In this document: positions 54,270 through 62,719 of the stretch, in pieces | Numbering within the stretch: position 1 is the first letter of the stretch | How the letters are laid out: each line of letters starts with the position of its first letter | Virus record (IMG/VR): IMGVR_UViG_3300024187_000009 | Span: 1-62,719 of that record | DNA from: a virus | Taxonomy: Duplodnaviria; Caudoviricetes | Length of the DNA stretch: 62,719 nucleotides | Reading direction: 5' to 3' (one strand) | Notes under the pieces: model-generated | What the model saw: the letters and a program-made list of their open reading frames with translations, nothing else | What the model was told of the DNA's origin: nothing | Databases searched by the model: none | Position numbers and translations under genes: made by a program

Positions 54270-54763
54270 AGAAGTGTCCTCATTGCGGGCAACTAATCGA
54301 GGAGACAACCGCGCCAGAGAATGAGGTGATGCGCTGGTTTAATGAATGGTGGGCTCTTTACCCGCGCCATGTAGGGAAGGCCGCGGCGCTCAAAGCATGG
54401 AAGAAGGCAGCGACTAGCGAGGCGATCAAGGATGAGATAATCGCGGCGCTCAAATGCCAGCTTGCGGGGATGATGAGACAGGATAATTCGTTCATTCCAC
54501 ACGCTTCTACGTGGTTGAATGGGCGGCGCTTTGAGGATGAGTGTCCAGCGTCCAGCGAACGTCCAGCGAACGTCCAGCGAAAAATCGCCTGCGAACTATG
54601 CGGGGATACGGGAATTATGCCGGTGGTTAATCCATCGATCATAGATGCGGATTCGCCAGATCCTTCCGCATTGCTGGGCTATGCGCGCTGCTCCTGCGCT
54701 CGCGGGCAACTGCCTGGGCTTGTGATACCCCAGGCGGAAGCGGACGATCCTGCGCCGTTCTAG
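54266..54763 (+). CDS. Replication initiator/replisome organiser-like protein
   Basis: FNEWWALYPRHVGKAAALKAWKK...FIPHASTWLNGRRFEDE, then CELCGDTG...RCSC. Confidence 0.75.
   Translation: MKKCPHCGQLIEETTAPENEVMRWFNEWWALYPRHVGKAAALKAWKKAATSEAIKDEIIAALKCQLAGMMRQDNSFIPHASTWLNGRRFEDECPASSERPANVQRKIACELCGDTGIMPVVNPSIIDADSPDPSALLGYARCSCARGQLPGLVIPQAEADDPAPF
54543..54581 (+). repeat. 11-bp tandem repeat (GTCCAGCGAAC x ~3.5)
   Basis: Units at 54550, 54561, 54572 plus a partial unit at 54543. Confidence 0.9.
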
Positions 54764-55334
54764 CGCCTGCCGTGGCGGATATTCCAGCGATCGAGGTACA
54801 GGCTGATGAGGCGCCACTGGTGGAGGGACTTAGCGCGCCTGATGCGGGCTCGCCTGGCTTGCTTCATGTGATTCGCGCCGGCGTTGCTCATGGCTACATC
54901 CACCAGCGGCGATGCCGCTTCATGTGCTTCGCGTTGAACTGGAAGGCCCAGGCAAGGGTGCTGACGGTGAGGGAGCAGAGGCCAGCGCGGAGGAACAACT
55001 CACCAACATCAGTCAGGGTCATATTCGCGGTACTCCAGTTGTAGATCAAACTCAAAAGGCTGTACGGGCATCTCCAAATCGAATTGCTGGATGAAATCAT
55101 CCACCGTTTGGGTTGGTACACAGCGCGCGTCCCATTGTGGCATTCCTGCTTCTATAGTGGGCCGCGACGATTCCACTTCGACGCTCTCGATTCCGGGGAT
55201 GCGCAGGAGCGCTAACGCGATTGGACAAGCGCCGGCATCATCGCGCACGCCGTTGGCGATATCCTCAGGAGTGACCATTACGTGATACTTGCCGGGAATC
55301 AACATATCATCAATCTCCTCTATGGTTTGTATTG

Positions 55335-55532
55335 CTATTGTTCCGATGCGCACTTGTGCCCGCGCTTTTCTGCCCGTGCCGCTGTCATCTTCCCGCATTC
55401 GCAACGGGGCGCAGGTTGCCGTTTCCTGGGCTTACCGCGCGCTGCAAGGCCACCGAGTGAGCCGACTGCGGCTAGATCGCCCTTAGCGGCACGCAAGCGG
55501 CCCAGGGCTACTGCTGCTTCGTTTTTGCTCAT
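55335..55532 (-). CDS. Small basic protein (KNEAAVALGR motif) with C-terminal Cys/His
   Basis: GAGGG RBS; MSKNEAAVALGRL...CECG...HKC. Confidence 0.55.
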   Translation of the reverse strand: MSKNEAAVALGRLRAAKGDLAAVGSLGGLAARGKPRKRQPAPRCECGKMTAARAEKRGHKCASEQ

Positions 55533-55565
55533 ATGTCCCTCACGATTAGGGCAAAACATCCATCG

Positions 55566-55841
55566 TTACTTTCCCATGCCTAGCGATAGCGCAAGCTGTT
55601 TGGCTGCGTTCCAGTCCGAAGTGTAGTTGACTCCATGGCAGTGTCCGGCCATATCGTCCGCGATCCATTCGCCATCGGGAGACTGACGGACTACGCCAAT
55701 CTGCTTTTCATCGGCATATACCGCGCGAATCCCTAATGGCTCGCTATTTCTACCACTTAGCGTGATATGTACGCGATCCGTCATGAACGTATCGGCAAGC
55801 AATCCACGCATGAATTTGTCGGACGGCAGTTTGTCACTCAT
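55566..55841 (-). CDS. Early-region hypothetical protein
   Basis: 91 aa; coupled to the upstream ORF. Confidence 0.5.
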   Translation of the reverse strand: MSDKLPSDKFMRGLLADTFMTDRVHITLSGRNSEPLGIRAVYADEKQIGVVRQSPDGEWIADDMAGHCHGVNYTSDWNAAKQLALSLGMGK

Positions 55842-56085
55842 CGTCCATCCCCCAATGTGAAGTTTTCGCGGAACGTCGCCATGAAGCAGTGCTCATAGGC
55901 GATCTTATCGGCCAAGCGGGTAAACTTGCGAACGCCGATTTTCGCTTCATCGCGTGCAGCTTGCCAAGGATCATAGAGGATCGAAGCTCCGCCCGCGATG
56001 CGGGCATTAATTAGCTCGGCGTGGCGCAATCCAGCCATGGCGCCCATATCCTCAGCCATCTTCGCCTTTGGTAGTGGCTTGGTAA

Positions 56086-56466
56086 TCATGCCGCCACCTC
56101 CGTGACTGCGTTGTAGTCTTCTACGATGCGATCCATGTAGCGCTGAAGACTGGTTTCGCAATTGCCGACGCAGCCGCTTCCGCTTCCATCGGGATGCTGA
56201 ATCCAATACTCCATTTGCTTCTCGCCGATCCAGCGCGCGCAGAATGTTGTACCGTCTTTGGCCAAGCGAATCACCAAAGGCGCTTGCATGGCGATGTAAG
56301 CTTCCTCAAGATTGGCTTGCGCGTTCGCCTTGCAGTCAGACTTGCTCTGACCGTAGGCGATGGTTTCGCCTTTCAGGACTGCCTTGAATGGCTTACGCGG
56401 ATCGCGCTTACCAAACATGGTCTTGTTTTCAATTACTTCAATCGTGCTCATGTTTTGTGTGCTCAT
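56086..56466 (-). CDS. Early-region hypothetical protein
   Basis: AAAGGA RBS; starts MSTQ. Confidence 0.55.
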   Translation of the reverse strand: MSTQNMSTIEVIENKTMFGKRDPRKPFKAVLKGETIAYGQSKSDCKANAQANLEEAYIAMQAPLVIRLAKDGTTFCARWIGEKQMEYWIQHPDGSGSGCVGNCETSLQRYMDRIVEDYNAVTEVAA

Positions 56467-56614
56467 AGCTAGTCCTTTGCTGGTTCTTGCAATTCTTCCT
56501 CGGATGGGGTGCGATACTCCCATCCGCAAAATCTACATATCCAGTTATCGCTTGCCCAAGTAGAATTGGGCAGCATCGCGGCGCAACTAATACAACGAGT
56601 GAGTTCTTCCATGG

Positions 56615-56866
56615 CTAGTTATACCTTCCGTTCCAGTCGTTTACCTGATCAGTGATAGGCTCAAGACGAAGCGTGCGGGCATTCTCTCCGCCCTTGATTT
56701 GCGCGCATTTAGCGCAGCGGCCAGTGTAGAACAGGCCGGAATGCGTGAGCTTCGAGCCGCCTTGCACTGCGATCATGACAGCGGGAGCGCCGCATTCGTG
56801 GCCGTATGTGCCGCTATGGGGGGCAAAGCTGCAAGTCTTGGACGCGGGTGATGTTTGTGTGCTCAT
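56615..56866 (-). CDS. Early-region Cys-containing hypothetical protein
   Basis: AGGAG RBS in the repeated start cassette; starts MSTQ. Confidence 0.55.
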   Translation of the reverse strand: MSTQTSPASKTCSFAPHSGTYGHECGAPAVMIAVQGGSKLTHSGLFYTGRCAKCAQIKGGENARTLRLEPITDQVNDWNGRYN

Positions 56867-56870
56867 GGGG

Positions 56871-57119
56871 TTAGCTCCTCTCATTGGCTGCATTGGCAGC
56901 GGGGTAAATCTTCCAGCCTTGACCGCTACGAAGTGGTAGAAAGCCGGCATTGCGTAACTGCCGGCAGGCTGAAGACTTGCTTTTGAATGTGACCAGGACG
57001 GAATAACCATCGCTGACTCTGCCATCAGGTAGCGCTTGGAGTACTGCGCCCTGATTGGGCATGGCGCTATAGGCTTTGAACAGGCAAGCCAAGCGAGGAT
57101 TGACGTTTGTGCGGATCAT
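56871..57119 (-). CDS. Early-region hypothetical protein
   Basis: 82 aa; stop lies within the cassette repeat. Confidence 0.5.
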   Translation of the reverse strand: MIRTNVNPRLACLFKAYSAMPNQGAVLQALPDGRVSDGYSVLVTFKSKSSACRQLRNAGFLPLRSGQGWKIYPAANAANERS

Positions 57120-57349
57120 AAAGAGGCCTCAAAGAAGCGTTCTGCGCCTTCGACATAGCCGAAACCGCTTGCGGGAACAGCCTTGATGCGATAGTACGGA
57201 TTCATATCGTCGTTAGCGGTGGGCGTGACTAGCCTAATATGCTCAACCGTTAAGCCTGGAGTCGCGGGAACTGGCTTGCCGAAGCAATTAGTGAAACTGA
57301 TGGCAGTTACTTTTTGGCCGATCTCAAATTGCGGTTGTGGTGTGCTCAT
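57116..57349 (-). CDS. Early-region SH3-like hypothetical protein
   Basis: FEIGQKV start; begins in the cassette repeat. Confidence 0.55.
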   Translation of the reverse strand: MSTPQPQFEIGQKVTAISFTNCFGKPVPATPGLTVEHIRLVTPTANDDMNPYYRIKAVPASGFGYVEGAERFFEASL

Positions 57350-57353
57350 GGGG

Positions 57354-57626
57354 TTAGCTCCTATCCTCGATCAAGTCCAGTTCTTTCTTGGCGTTATGTC
57401 CAAACAGGCGATTGAATGAAGCCTTGACCATTTCGCAGCGTTCGCGCTCTAGTTGCTCAGGACGATGTTCGCGCATAGCAGCAATAACCGCCTTGGCGCG
57501 AGGATAGCCCGCTTGTTCCTCGCTCCATGTCATGTAAAGCCCGATGGACCATGAAAGAAGCTCATGCTCATAGAGCGGAAACGGGGACAAATCTGAACTA
57601 CGCAATCCAATTAGTGGTGTGCTCAT
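57354..57626 (-). CDS. Early-region hypothetical protein
   Basis: AGGAG RBS; starts MSTP. Confidence 0.55.
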   Translation of the reverse strand: MSTPLIGLRSSDLSPFPLYEHELLSWSIGLYMTWSEEQAGYPRAKAVIAAMREHRPEQLERERCEMVKASFNRLFGHNAKKELDLIEDRS

Positions 57627-57648
57627 GGGTTCTCCTGTTAGGCTGCTA

Positions 57649-57810
57649 CTACGCTCCAAAGTGGCGATCCAGAACGTCAAAACGCTCTGATTCTCTACGG
57701 TCCGCCAACCGCCATCCGTTCACGGTTAGCACGTACCACGCGCCATTCTCGAACTTGACGCGCGGTTGATATGGATTCTCGTAATATTGCGTTGCGTTTG
57801 TGTTTTCCAT
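57649..57810 (-). CDS. First early gene (53 aa), leaderless
   Basis: MENTNATQYYENPYQPRVKFENGAWYV...; ATG 6 nt after the -10 box. Confidence 0.55.
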   Translation of the reverse strand: MENTNATQYYENPYQPRVKFENGAWYVLTVNGWRLADRRESERFDVLDRHFGA

Positions 57811-57816
57811 AACCCA

Positions 57817-57846
57817 ATCTTACAGCAGCGGTGGTCTAGCTGTCAA
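57817..57846 (-). promoter_or_regulatory. Strong early promoter TTGACA-N18-TAAGAT
   Basis: Consensus -35, near-consensus -10. Confidence 0.7.
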
Positions 57847-57906
57847 TAGGTATTCACTCTGCTAACATGCAAGTGGTTGAGGATACAGAGAATATAAATT
57901 CATCGC

Positions 57907-57936
57907 TTGCATGTGGAACGCGGAACGGTCTAAGAT
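57907..57936 (+). promoter_or_regulatory. Divergent promoter TTGCAT-N18-TAAGAT
   Basis: In-frame GTG 8 nt downstream (57945). Confidence 0.5.
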
Positions 57937-57944
57937 GGCGCACA

Positions 57945-58376
57945 GTGAGTGCCTGTCCTGCACCTGTTCCACACGCATCGAATAGCCAAGAGCTATTACA
58001 CCCGCGCGGTCAATGCGTTAGCGCGCACGTCACATGCCCAGGATGCGGCAGAGTATTGATCGCCCACCGGCTTACTCATACACAGGGGATGAAGCGCTGC
58101 CCCGACTGCGACCAGGTTGTATTGATCGGACTGACTGTTTTCTTGCTGCCGCCCGGTCCACACTCAACCCCTAATGACTATAGCTTGCCTTCGCAGGATG
58201 CCCCGCTGGTGCATGCTAGACGGCGCACACGCAAGCGCCGCATAGCTGCCCTAGGTCGGCTAGGGTTAGGCGATCCGATGCCACAGATCGCGCTAGAACG
58301 CTATACAGCGGGTATGCCCATAAACCGCGTTGTGGTGGTTCCAGAGCCTAAATCTGAGCCAGGCAGTAGCACATAA
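57945..58376 (+). CDS. Zinc-ribbon hypothetical protein
   Basis: CPGC...CPDC; basic RRRTRKRR patch. Confidence 0.5.
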   Translation: MSACPAPVPHASNSQELLHPRGQCVSAHVTCPGCGRVLIAHRLTHTQGMKRCPDCDQVVLIGLTVFLLPPGPHSTPNDYSLPSQDAPLVHARRRTRKRRIAALGRLGLGDPMPQIALERYTAGMPINRVVVVPEPKSEPGSST

Positions 58377-58914
58377 CGCTTCCTTTGCTCTGCAAAGCAA
58401 GCTAACTCCCACCGAATCAGCATCGAGTCACTTCCGATAACGTACAATGTGTCACATCGAGCACCAGCTGCTCCAAATCCACGATGTCAGCGATGTCCGG
58501 CTCGAGTTGTCCAAGGGGTGGCCCCGGAGGGGTGCTGCGGAGCGCTTGATTCCGCCCAGGTATTCTAAAATTTTGAAAATCGCCTGCGGTCAGCGGTGCT
58601 CGCGTACTACAAAATTTTGAAATTGGGATTTTGGAAAAGTTTGGCGAGGCGGCCTGATATGGAAAACATGGGTATGAGCGAACCGTCGGAGGAAGGTTCG
58701 GGCAGGTCGCCTCTTGGGGTAGATTGTACTACGGAAGCGAGAAGTTCGCTCGCGCATTCGCGCTCACTCATTGCCTGCGGCAGCAAGGAAAGACACTTTG
58801 CCCTATCTCCGTAGGTTCTTTCCCACGGCCTTGATGCACATAACCCAGCCCTCCTTGTGGGGAGGGGCCGTGCTTACGCTGCCGGTATCCCTGATCTGCT
58901 CGCTTGCCGGGGCT

Positions 58915-59181
58915 TCACGTTGGTTCGTCCTTCGCTTCCGGTTTGTTCTTGCAGGGGATGGGTGGTGCTGTCGGGATGCCTCCCGAGCCCAAGCGCTCGC
59001 GCACCGTCACGGGTGACTCAGTGCGGAACTCGGGACTTAATCCTGGAGAAAGTAAATTACCTAAGAGATCGTGAACTGGCTCAACCTCACAGGAGGGAGC
59101 CAGATTGTTCTTGAGGAAGTAGCGCAGGTCTTCTTCGCTGATTCCTGCTGGTATCTTCGTGATGTACGTGTTAAAACGCAT
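58915..59181 (-). CDS. Hypothetical protein
   Basis: 88 aa; plausible composition. Confidence 0.4.
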   Translation of the reverse strand: MRFNTYITKIPAGISEEDLRYFLKNNLAPSCEVEPVHDLLGNLLSPGLSPEFRTESPVTVRERLGSGGIPTAPPIPCKNKPEAKDEPT

Positions 59182-59210
59182 CCACTACTGCTCGGCCATC
59201 CGAGCGGGGC

Positions 59211-59480
59211 GTGCCTCGCAGCAACGCCCCAAGTATCGGATGTGCAAATTTAGTGTACACTGCCTGTCAAGTGGATCGCTACAGATTTATTTTAGGCTCC
59301 GTCATTGTCCTCGCTCTCCTACTCCTTGCAATCGCCATTGCATTGGGTAAAGTAGAAGAAAAGACTAGCTATGGACTAGTTCCTGTCGTCACGATCTTAG
59401 CTAAGGTGGCTCTAGATTTTAGCGAGTGGGCTTTCCGCAGCAGCAAGGATTCGGAGAAATTAGATGGGCCGCCTGCTTGA
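59211..59480 (+). CDS. Two-TM membrane protein (holin-like), isolated on the + strand
   Basis: FILGSVIVLALLLLAIAIALG and YGLVPVVTILAKVAL segments; start codon uncertain. Confidence 0.55.
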   Translation: MPRSNAPSIGCANLVYTACQVDRYRFILGSVIVLALLLLAIAIALGKVEEKTSYGLVPVVTILAKVALDFSEWAFRSSKDSEKLDGPPA

Positions 59481-59670
59481 CCGCGAATCTAAACTGAAGG
59501 CCAGGTATCGGTAGCGTCCTGGCTAGCCTTGGCGTATCTCTGCTCTTTGCTGTTTATCTGCGTCGAGCATTCCGTGCAGATCAGCAACTTCACCGCAGCG
59601 CTGCCGTCCGCTCTGGGCTCCGACAGCCATACCACCAGGGCTTTCGCCTGCTCCCCGCAGCATTGGCACT

Positions 59671-59949
59671 TCATGCTGGTATCTCCCGCTTCACCAAGCA
59701 CTTCTGGCAGTAGAATACATCGTACATATTCCCGTGTCCTCCTGGCATCTGCCTTAGAAACATCCACTGATGCCTACCGTCCCATGGCGGCTCACCACAA
59801 CGGTCTGGCTCCTCGATAGGTGACAATTTTACAGGGGGAACGCCCAAAACTCGCCTTGCTTCGTTTATGCGACCTTCCGGCACGCTTTCGAGCGCATTAG
59901 CTATCGGCCAAAACGGTCCATGTATAAGTTCATCGTTACGTTCGCTCAT
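59671..59949 (-). CDS. Hypothetical protein with C-terminal C-H-C-C domain
   Basis: ATGA-coupled to TerL; HQWMFLRQ...YDVFYCQKCL. Confidence 0.55.
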   Translation of the reverse strand: MSERNDELIHGPFWPIANALESVPEGRINEARRVLGVPPVKLSPIEEPDRCGEPPWDGRHQWMFLRQMPGGHGNMYDVFYCQKCLVKREIPA

Positions 59950-62081
59950 TGATCTAACCATCCTTCTACCATCTCCTCCATCTCCTCGGCGCACGTCTCC
60001 CAGGTCACCGTCGATCTCTGCCAGTCTACTTTCTTGCGGTCGCGCTTCTCCGCCTCGGCGTTCGAGATCATCTCCGGCTGCTGCTGCCCCCAGGCATGCG
60101 CCGCCCAGATCGCCAGAGATATCGCCCGCACCCGGTCATCATGCGCCCCATGCGCCGCGTTCGCCGTCATCTTCTGCGCATCCCACCGGCAATCATGCAG
60201 TTCTTCGGATAAAAACCCGGAGAGCACGGCCAACTTGTTGAGCGACATATGCTTTCGGAATTTCTCCCACAGGATCTTAACTGCCGTGGGCGAAGCATAC
60301 CAGCCGTAGGAAGACGTGTTCTGGACCGCCAGCCTATCGATATGCTGCCAGACGAAATGATTCAGATACCCCTTGTCCATCATCCGGCGAATCACCGGCA
60401 GTCCCATCCCCAGGTGAACCTCGGTAATCGTTAGGCACTGCCCGTCCTCTGAGTTACCGCCGTAAATCCTACCCAGCAGATTCGCTACGTCTCCCAAGGA
60501 TTCCTGGTCAATCGGGGCCGCATACTCGCACACCTGGATATCGCGGCCATCAATGGGGTCTGAAGGAAGTCTGATAATCGAGATCGCCCCGTTATCAGTC
60601 CTGTGGTCCTCGCGCGTACGCATCTCCCTCGACCAGGGAATAATCCCGTTGGTCGAGTCGATCCCCATGATGTAATTGGCCGCGCGCTTGGGCGGCTCCC
60701 ACATCCACACGATCCCGCGCCCGTCCCGGTCCATCTCAGACGGATGTGCCGGGACAATAGCGTCTTTGCCGATCTGGAACGACGGGACTTTGCCTTTGGA
60801 CCAGTCATCGTCGGCGGTCCTGGTTCCGTCGAGCCTTAAAAAATAAGGCACACCCTTGCTCTTGGCGGCTTCCGTCCTCACCCGCTCCAGGACTTCCAAG
60901 GAGAGCACCGAGGGCGTCGTATGCTGGAAGCCTTCTTCAGGCGTGGCGCAGTAGTTGGTGAAAAATACCGCCAGGAGTTCCTTGCGCCTGTGTTCTTCCC
61001 TCGTCGTCTCCCACCAGTACATCTGCTCCCGGTCGAGCCTGACACGCTTGCCGCAGTACTTGATCGAGGTTTCCCACACCATGTCGGCGTGCTTTTCGGT
61101 CAACTCGTCGGGCGACCATACCGAAGGAGTATCGCGCCGGTACTTCTTGGGCTCCGCATACCAGGGAATGAAGCAGTAGCGCCACCGGGCATTGAGGCCG
61201 TTTTCGGTGTCCTTCGACATCTCATACCACCAGCCCGAGCGCCCGCAGGAAACCGATTCAAGCAGACAGAACGTCTTAGGCGATTGCGGCAGCGTCGGAA
61301 AGAAGTCCTGATCCAAACCCCACAGCGCCGCCTCAGGCCAGTAGGCGACTTCTGTGCAATGACCGATATCGAACTGCCGTCCCTGTCCTAAACCCGATCC
61401 CATCGTGGCGAATTGGTAGAGGACCGATGATCCAAGCAAGGGGAAAGTCAAATGTCCCGCCTTCACGTCGTAGGCCAGTGTCGGCCGCATCCACCACGGC
61501 AACCCGCCTTTTTTTGAGTACTCGTCTTTCTCTAAGCCGCAGTTGTAGATCCGCTTATCGCGGTCGTAGGGCTCTTTGATCTTGTCTTCATCAACCGATG
61601 CGGCCAGCGCCCTGGTGCCGTGATAGAAGATCACCCGGTGCATGGTCATCGCCCGCGCTAGGCCCGTATAACCCAACTGCCGCGCTTTGTTGGTGAGGAT
61701 CAGGATGCCGTCACAAGGGCGCTTCTGGTCGAACTTGGTCCACTCTTCATCCTCTGCCAGCGCGATCTTGTCGAGCAGGATTCGCTGCGTGTCCCATAGC
61801 GCGAGCGGCCCCAATCCGCCACCCTCCATGCCGTCTTTTTCGATGGTGCAGTAACGCGAACACCAGTACTCGAAATCGAACTTCGACATCAGGCATTCGT
61901 TGGTCGCGTACTCGGTTTCGGCTTTGGTCAGCGGGCGCTTAAGCGTGCCGTCGTCTTTGCGCAGTTGGTCCAGCGTTTCGCGCGCATCAAGCGAAAAACC
62001 CACGTCGTAGCGCTTGAGCTGGATGCCGAGCGAGCGCTCCGCCTGCTCTATGTTGCGTTCGATGATGCGGGGGCTGTACAT
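59946..62081 (-). CDS. terL: Terminase large subunit
   Basis: Walker A NKARQLGYT; Walker B HCTEVAYW; FIPWY; nuclease motifs YIMGIDSTNG and HDDRVRA. Confidence 0.92.
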   Translation of the reverse strand: MYSPRIIERNIEQAERSLGIQLKRYDVGFSLDARETLDQLRKDDGTLKRPLTKAETEYATNECLMSKFDFEYWCSRYCTIEKDGMEGGGLGPLALWDTQRILLDKIALAEDEEWTKFDQKRPCDGILILTNKARQLGYTGLARAMTMHRVIFYHGTRALAASVDEDKIKEPYDRDKRIYNCGLEKDEYSKKGGLPWWMRPTLAYDVKAGHLTFPLLGSSVLYQFATMGSGLGQGRQFDIGHCTEVAYWPEAALWGLDQDFFPTLPQSPKTFCLLESVSCGRSGWWYEMSKDTENGLNARWRYCFIPWYAEPKKYRRDTPSVWSPDELTEKHADMVWETSIKYCGKRVRLDREQMYWWETTREEHRRKELLAVFFTNYCATPEEGFQHTTPSVLSLEVLERVRTEAAKSKGVPYFLRLDGTRTADDDWSKGKVPSFQIGKDAIVPAHPSEMDRDGRGIVWMWEPPKRAANYIMGIDSTNGIIPWSREMRTREDHRTDNGAISIIRLPSDPIDGRDIQVCEYAAPIDQESLGDVANLLGRIYGGNSEDGQCLTITEVHLGMGLPVIRRMMDKGYLNHFVWQHIDRLAVQNTSSYGWYASPTAVKILWEKFRKHMSLNKLAVLSGFLSEELHDCRWDAQKMTANAAHGAHDDRVRAISLAIWAAHAWGQQQPEMISNAEAEKRDRKKVDWQRSTVTWETCAEEMEEMVEGWLDQ

Positions 62082-62329
62082 TCCTTCTTGAACGCCTCTA
62101 TGTACTTTTCGGCAGTGTCGATATATGTTTCTAGCCGTCTGCGAGCATCCCGTTCAGAAGCATCGCGCTCTATTTGTAATGCCGAAGTAGGAAGACCTAC
62201 GCTCGAATAAAGAAATGGATATCCGTGCTTAACCGAACCATCCTCATTGAGGGGGTATGCGATTGCCTGACCCGCGATCCCGCCATTGAGAGCGACCTTC
62301 CAGCCAGTCCATTCCTTATGCCACTTCAC
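62048..62329 (-). CDS. Hypothetical protein
   Basis: 93 aa between the TerS-like gene and TerL. Confidence 0.5.
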   Translation of the reverse strand: MKWHKEWTGWKVALNGGIAGQAIAYPLNEDGSVKHGYPFLYSSVGLPTSALQIERDASERDARRRLETYIDTAEKYIEAFKKECTAPASSNAT

Positions 62330-62562
62330 GCCTCTAACTCCATCTCCTCTTCCTCTAAGATCCGCTGGATATGCGGCGGCAGCTTCCCGCGCAAGCGGGG
62401 ATCGTTCCGCGCCATCGATAGCACGCCGGTTAACTCCTCTGGCAACGTCGCCAGCACCTCGGTCTGCGGCTTAGGATCGGGGCGCTCTAAGATCGCCGCA
62501 TGCGCGTTGTTGATGCGCGTGATCGACTGAATCCAGGAGCAGATTGCGCGATAGAGTCTCAT
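62326..62562 (-). CDS. Hypothetical protein
   Basis: ATGA-coupled to the TerS-like gene. Confidence 0.5.
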   Translation of the reverse strand: MRLYRAICSWIQSITRINNAHAAILERPDPKPQTEVLATLPEELTGVLSMARNDPRLRGKLPPHIQRILEEEEMELEA

Positions 62563-62585
62563 TCCGGTTTCATCTCCACGATCTG

Positions 62586-62719
62586 CCTCGGCTTCTCCGC
62601 GCGCGCCATCAGATCCTCGAATGATCCCGCGCCGTTGAACTGGTTGAGATTGACGTTGACCATCGGCCCGCTCTTGCTGCTCAATCCCGCGCTATCGGCA
62701 AAGAACTTGAGCGCCACCG
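62586..62719. repeat. Terminal overlap (circular assembly), copy 2
   Basis: Matches 1-133; this copy keeps the TerS-like ORF in frame. Confidence 0.95.

Larger units (their letters stand above)
56857..57362 (-). repeat. 23-bp exact repeat AGGAGCTAACCCCATGAGCACAC (56857-56879 and 57340-57362)
   Basis: Exact copies; degenerate copies at 57614-57636 and 56457-56477. Confidence 0.9.

Noticed and set aside
56444-57636. CRISPR array
   Set aside because: The repeats are hundreds of bases apart and separated by ORFs; no cas genes are present.
59946-62081. Intein in the long TerL
   Set aside because: No C/S...HN-C/S/T splice motifs or LAGLIDADG blocks; the extra length is dispersed.

Overview
The window appears to be a complete circularised genome (~62.6 kb; bases 8-133 are repeated exactly at 62594-62719) of a tailed phage with podovirus/P22-like morphogenesis genes. 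The host is probably an Acidobacteriota-like bacterium, inferred only from signal-peptide and Ig-like domain styles. Layout: a leftward packaging operon (TerS-like gene across the contig join, TerL at 59946-62081) diverges from a rightward structural operon (portal, ~7 kb of accessory/decoration genes, scaffold, major capsid, tail adaptor/nozzle, fibres, GNAT, ejection proteins). This is followed by a ~10 kb block of 6 glycosyltransferases and 5 SAM methyltransferases interrupted by HNH genes, a secreted beta-helix protein and an atypical lysis/membrane module, and a Bet/RusA/replication-initiator region containing a ~530-nt highly structured non-coding tract. An early region of small genes with repeated start cassettes completes the circle. 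No integrase, CI-type repressor, DNA polymerase, helicase, tRNA or CRISPR array was recognised. The most notable observations are (1) the glyco-/methyl-transferase cluster, a candidate methylated-glycan virion or surface decoration system; (2) free-standing HNH genes flanked by synonymously recoded, peptide-level duplications of the invaded gene ends; (3) the structured RNA upstream of the replication operon; and (4) three divergent promoter pairs, mostly driving leaderless mRNAs. All product calls come from motif recognition by eye; no database searches were run.
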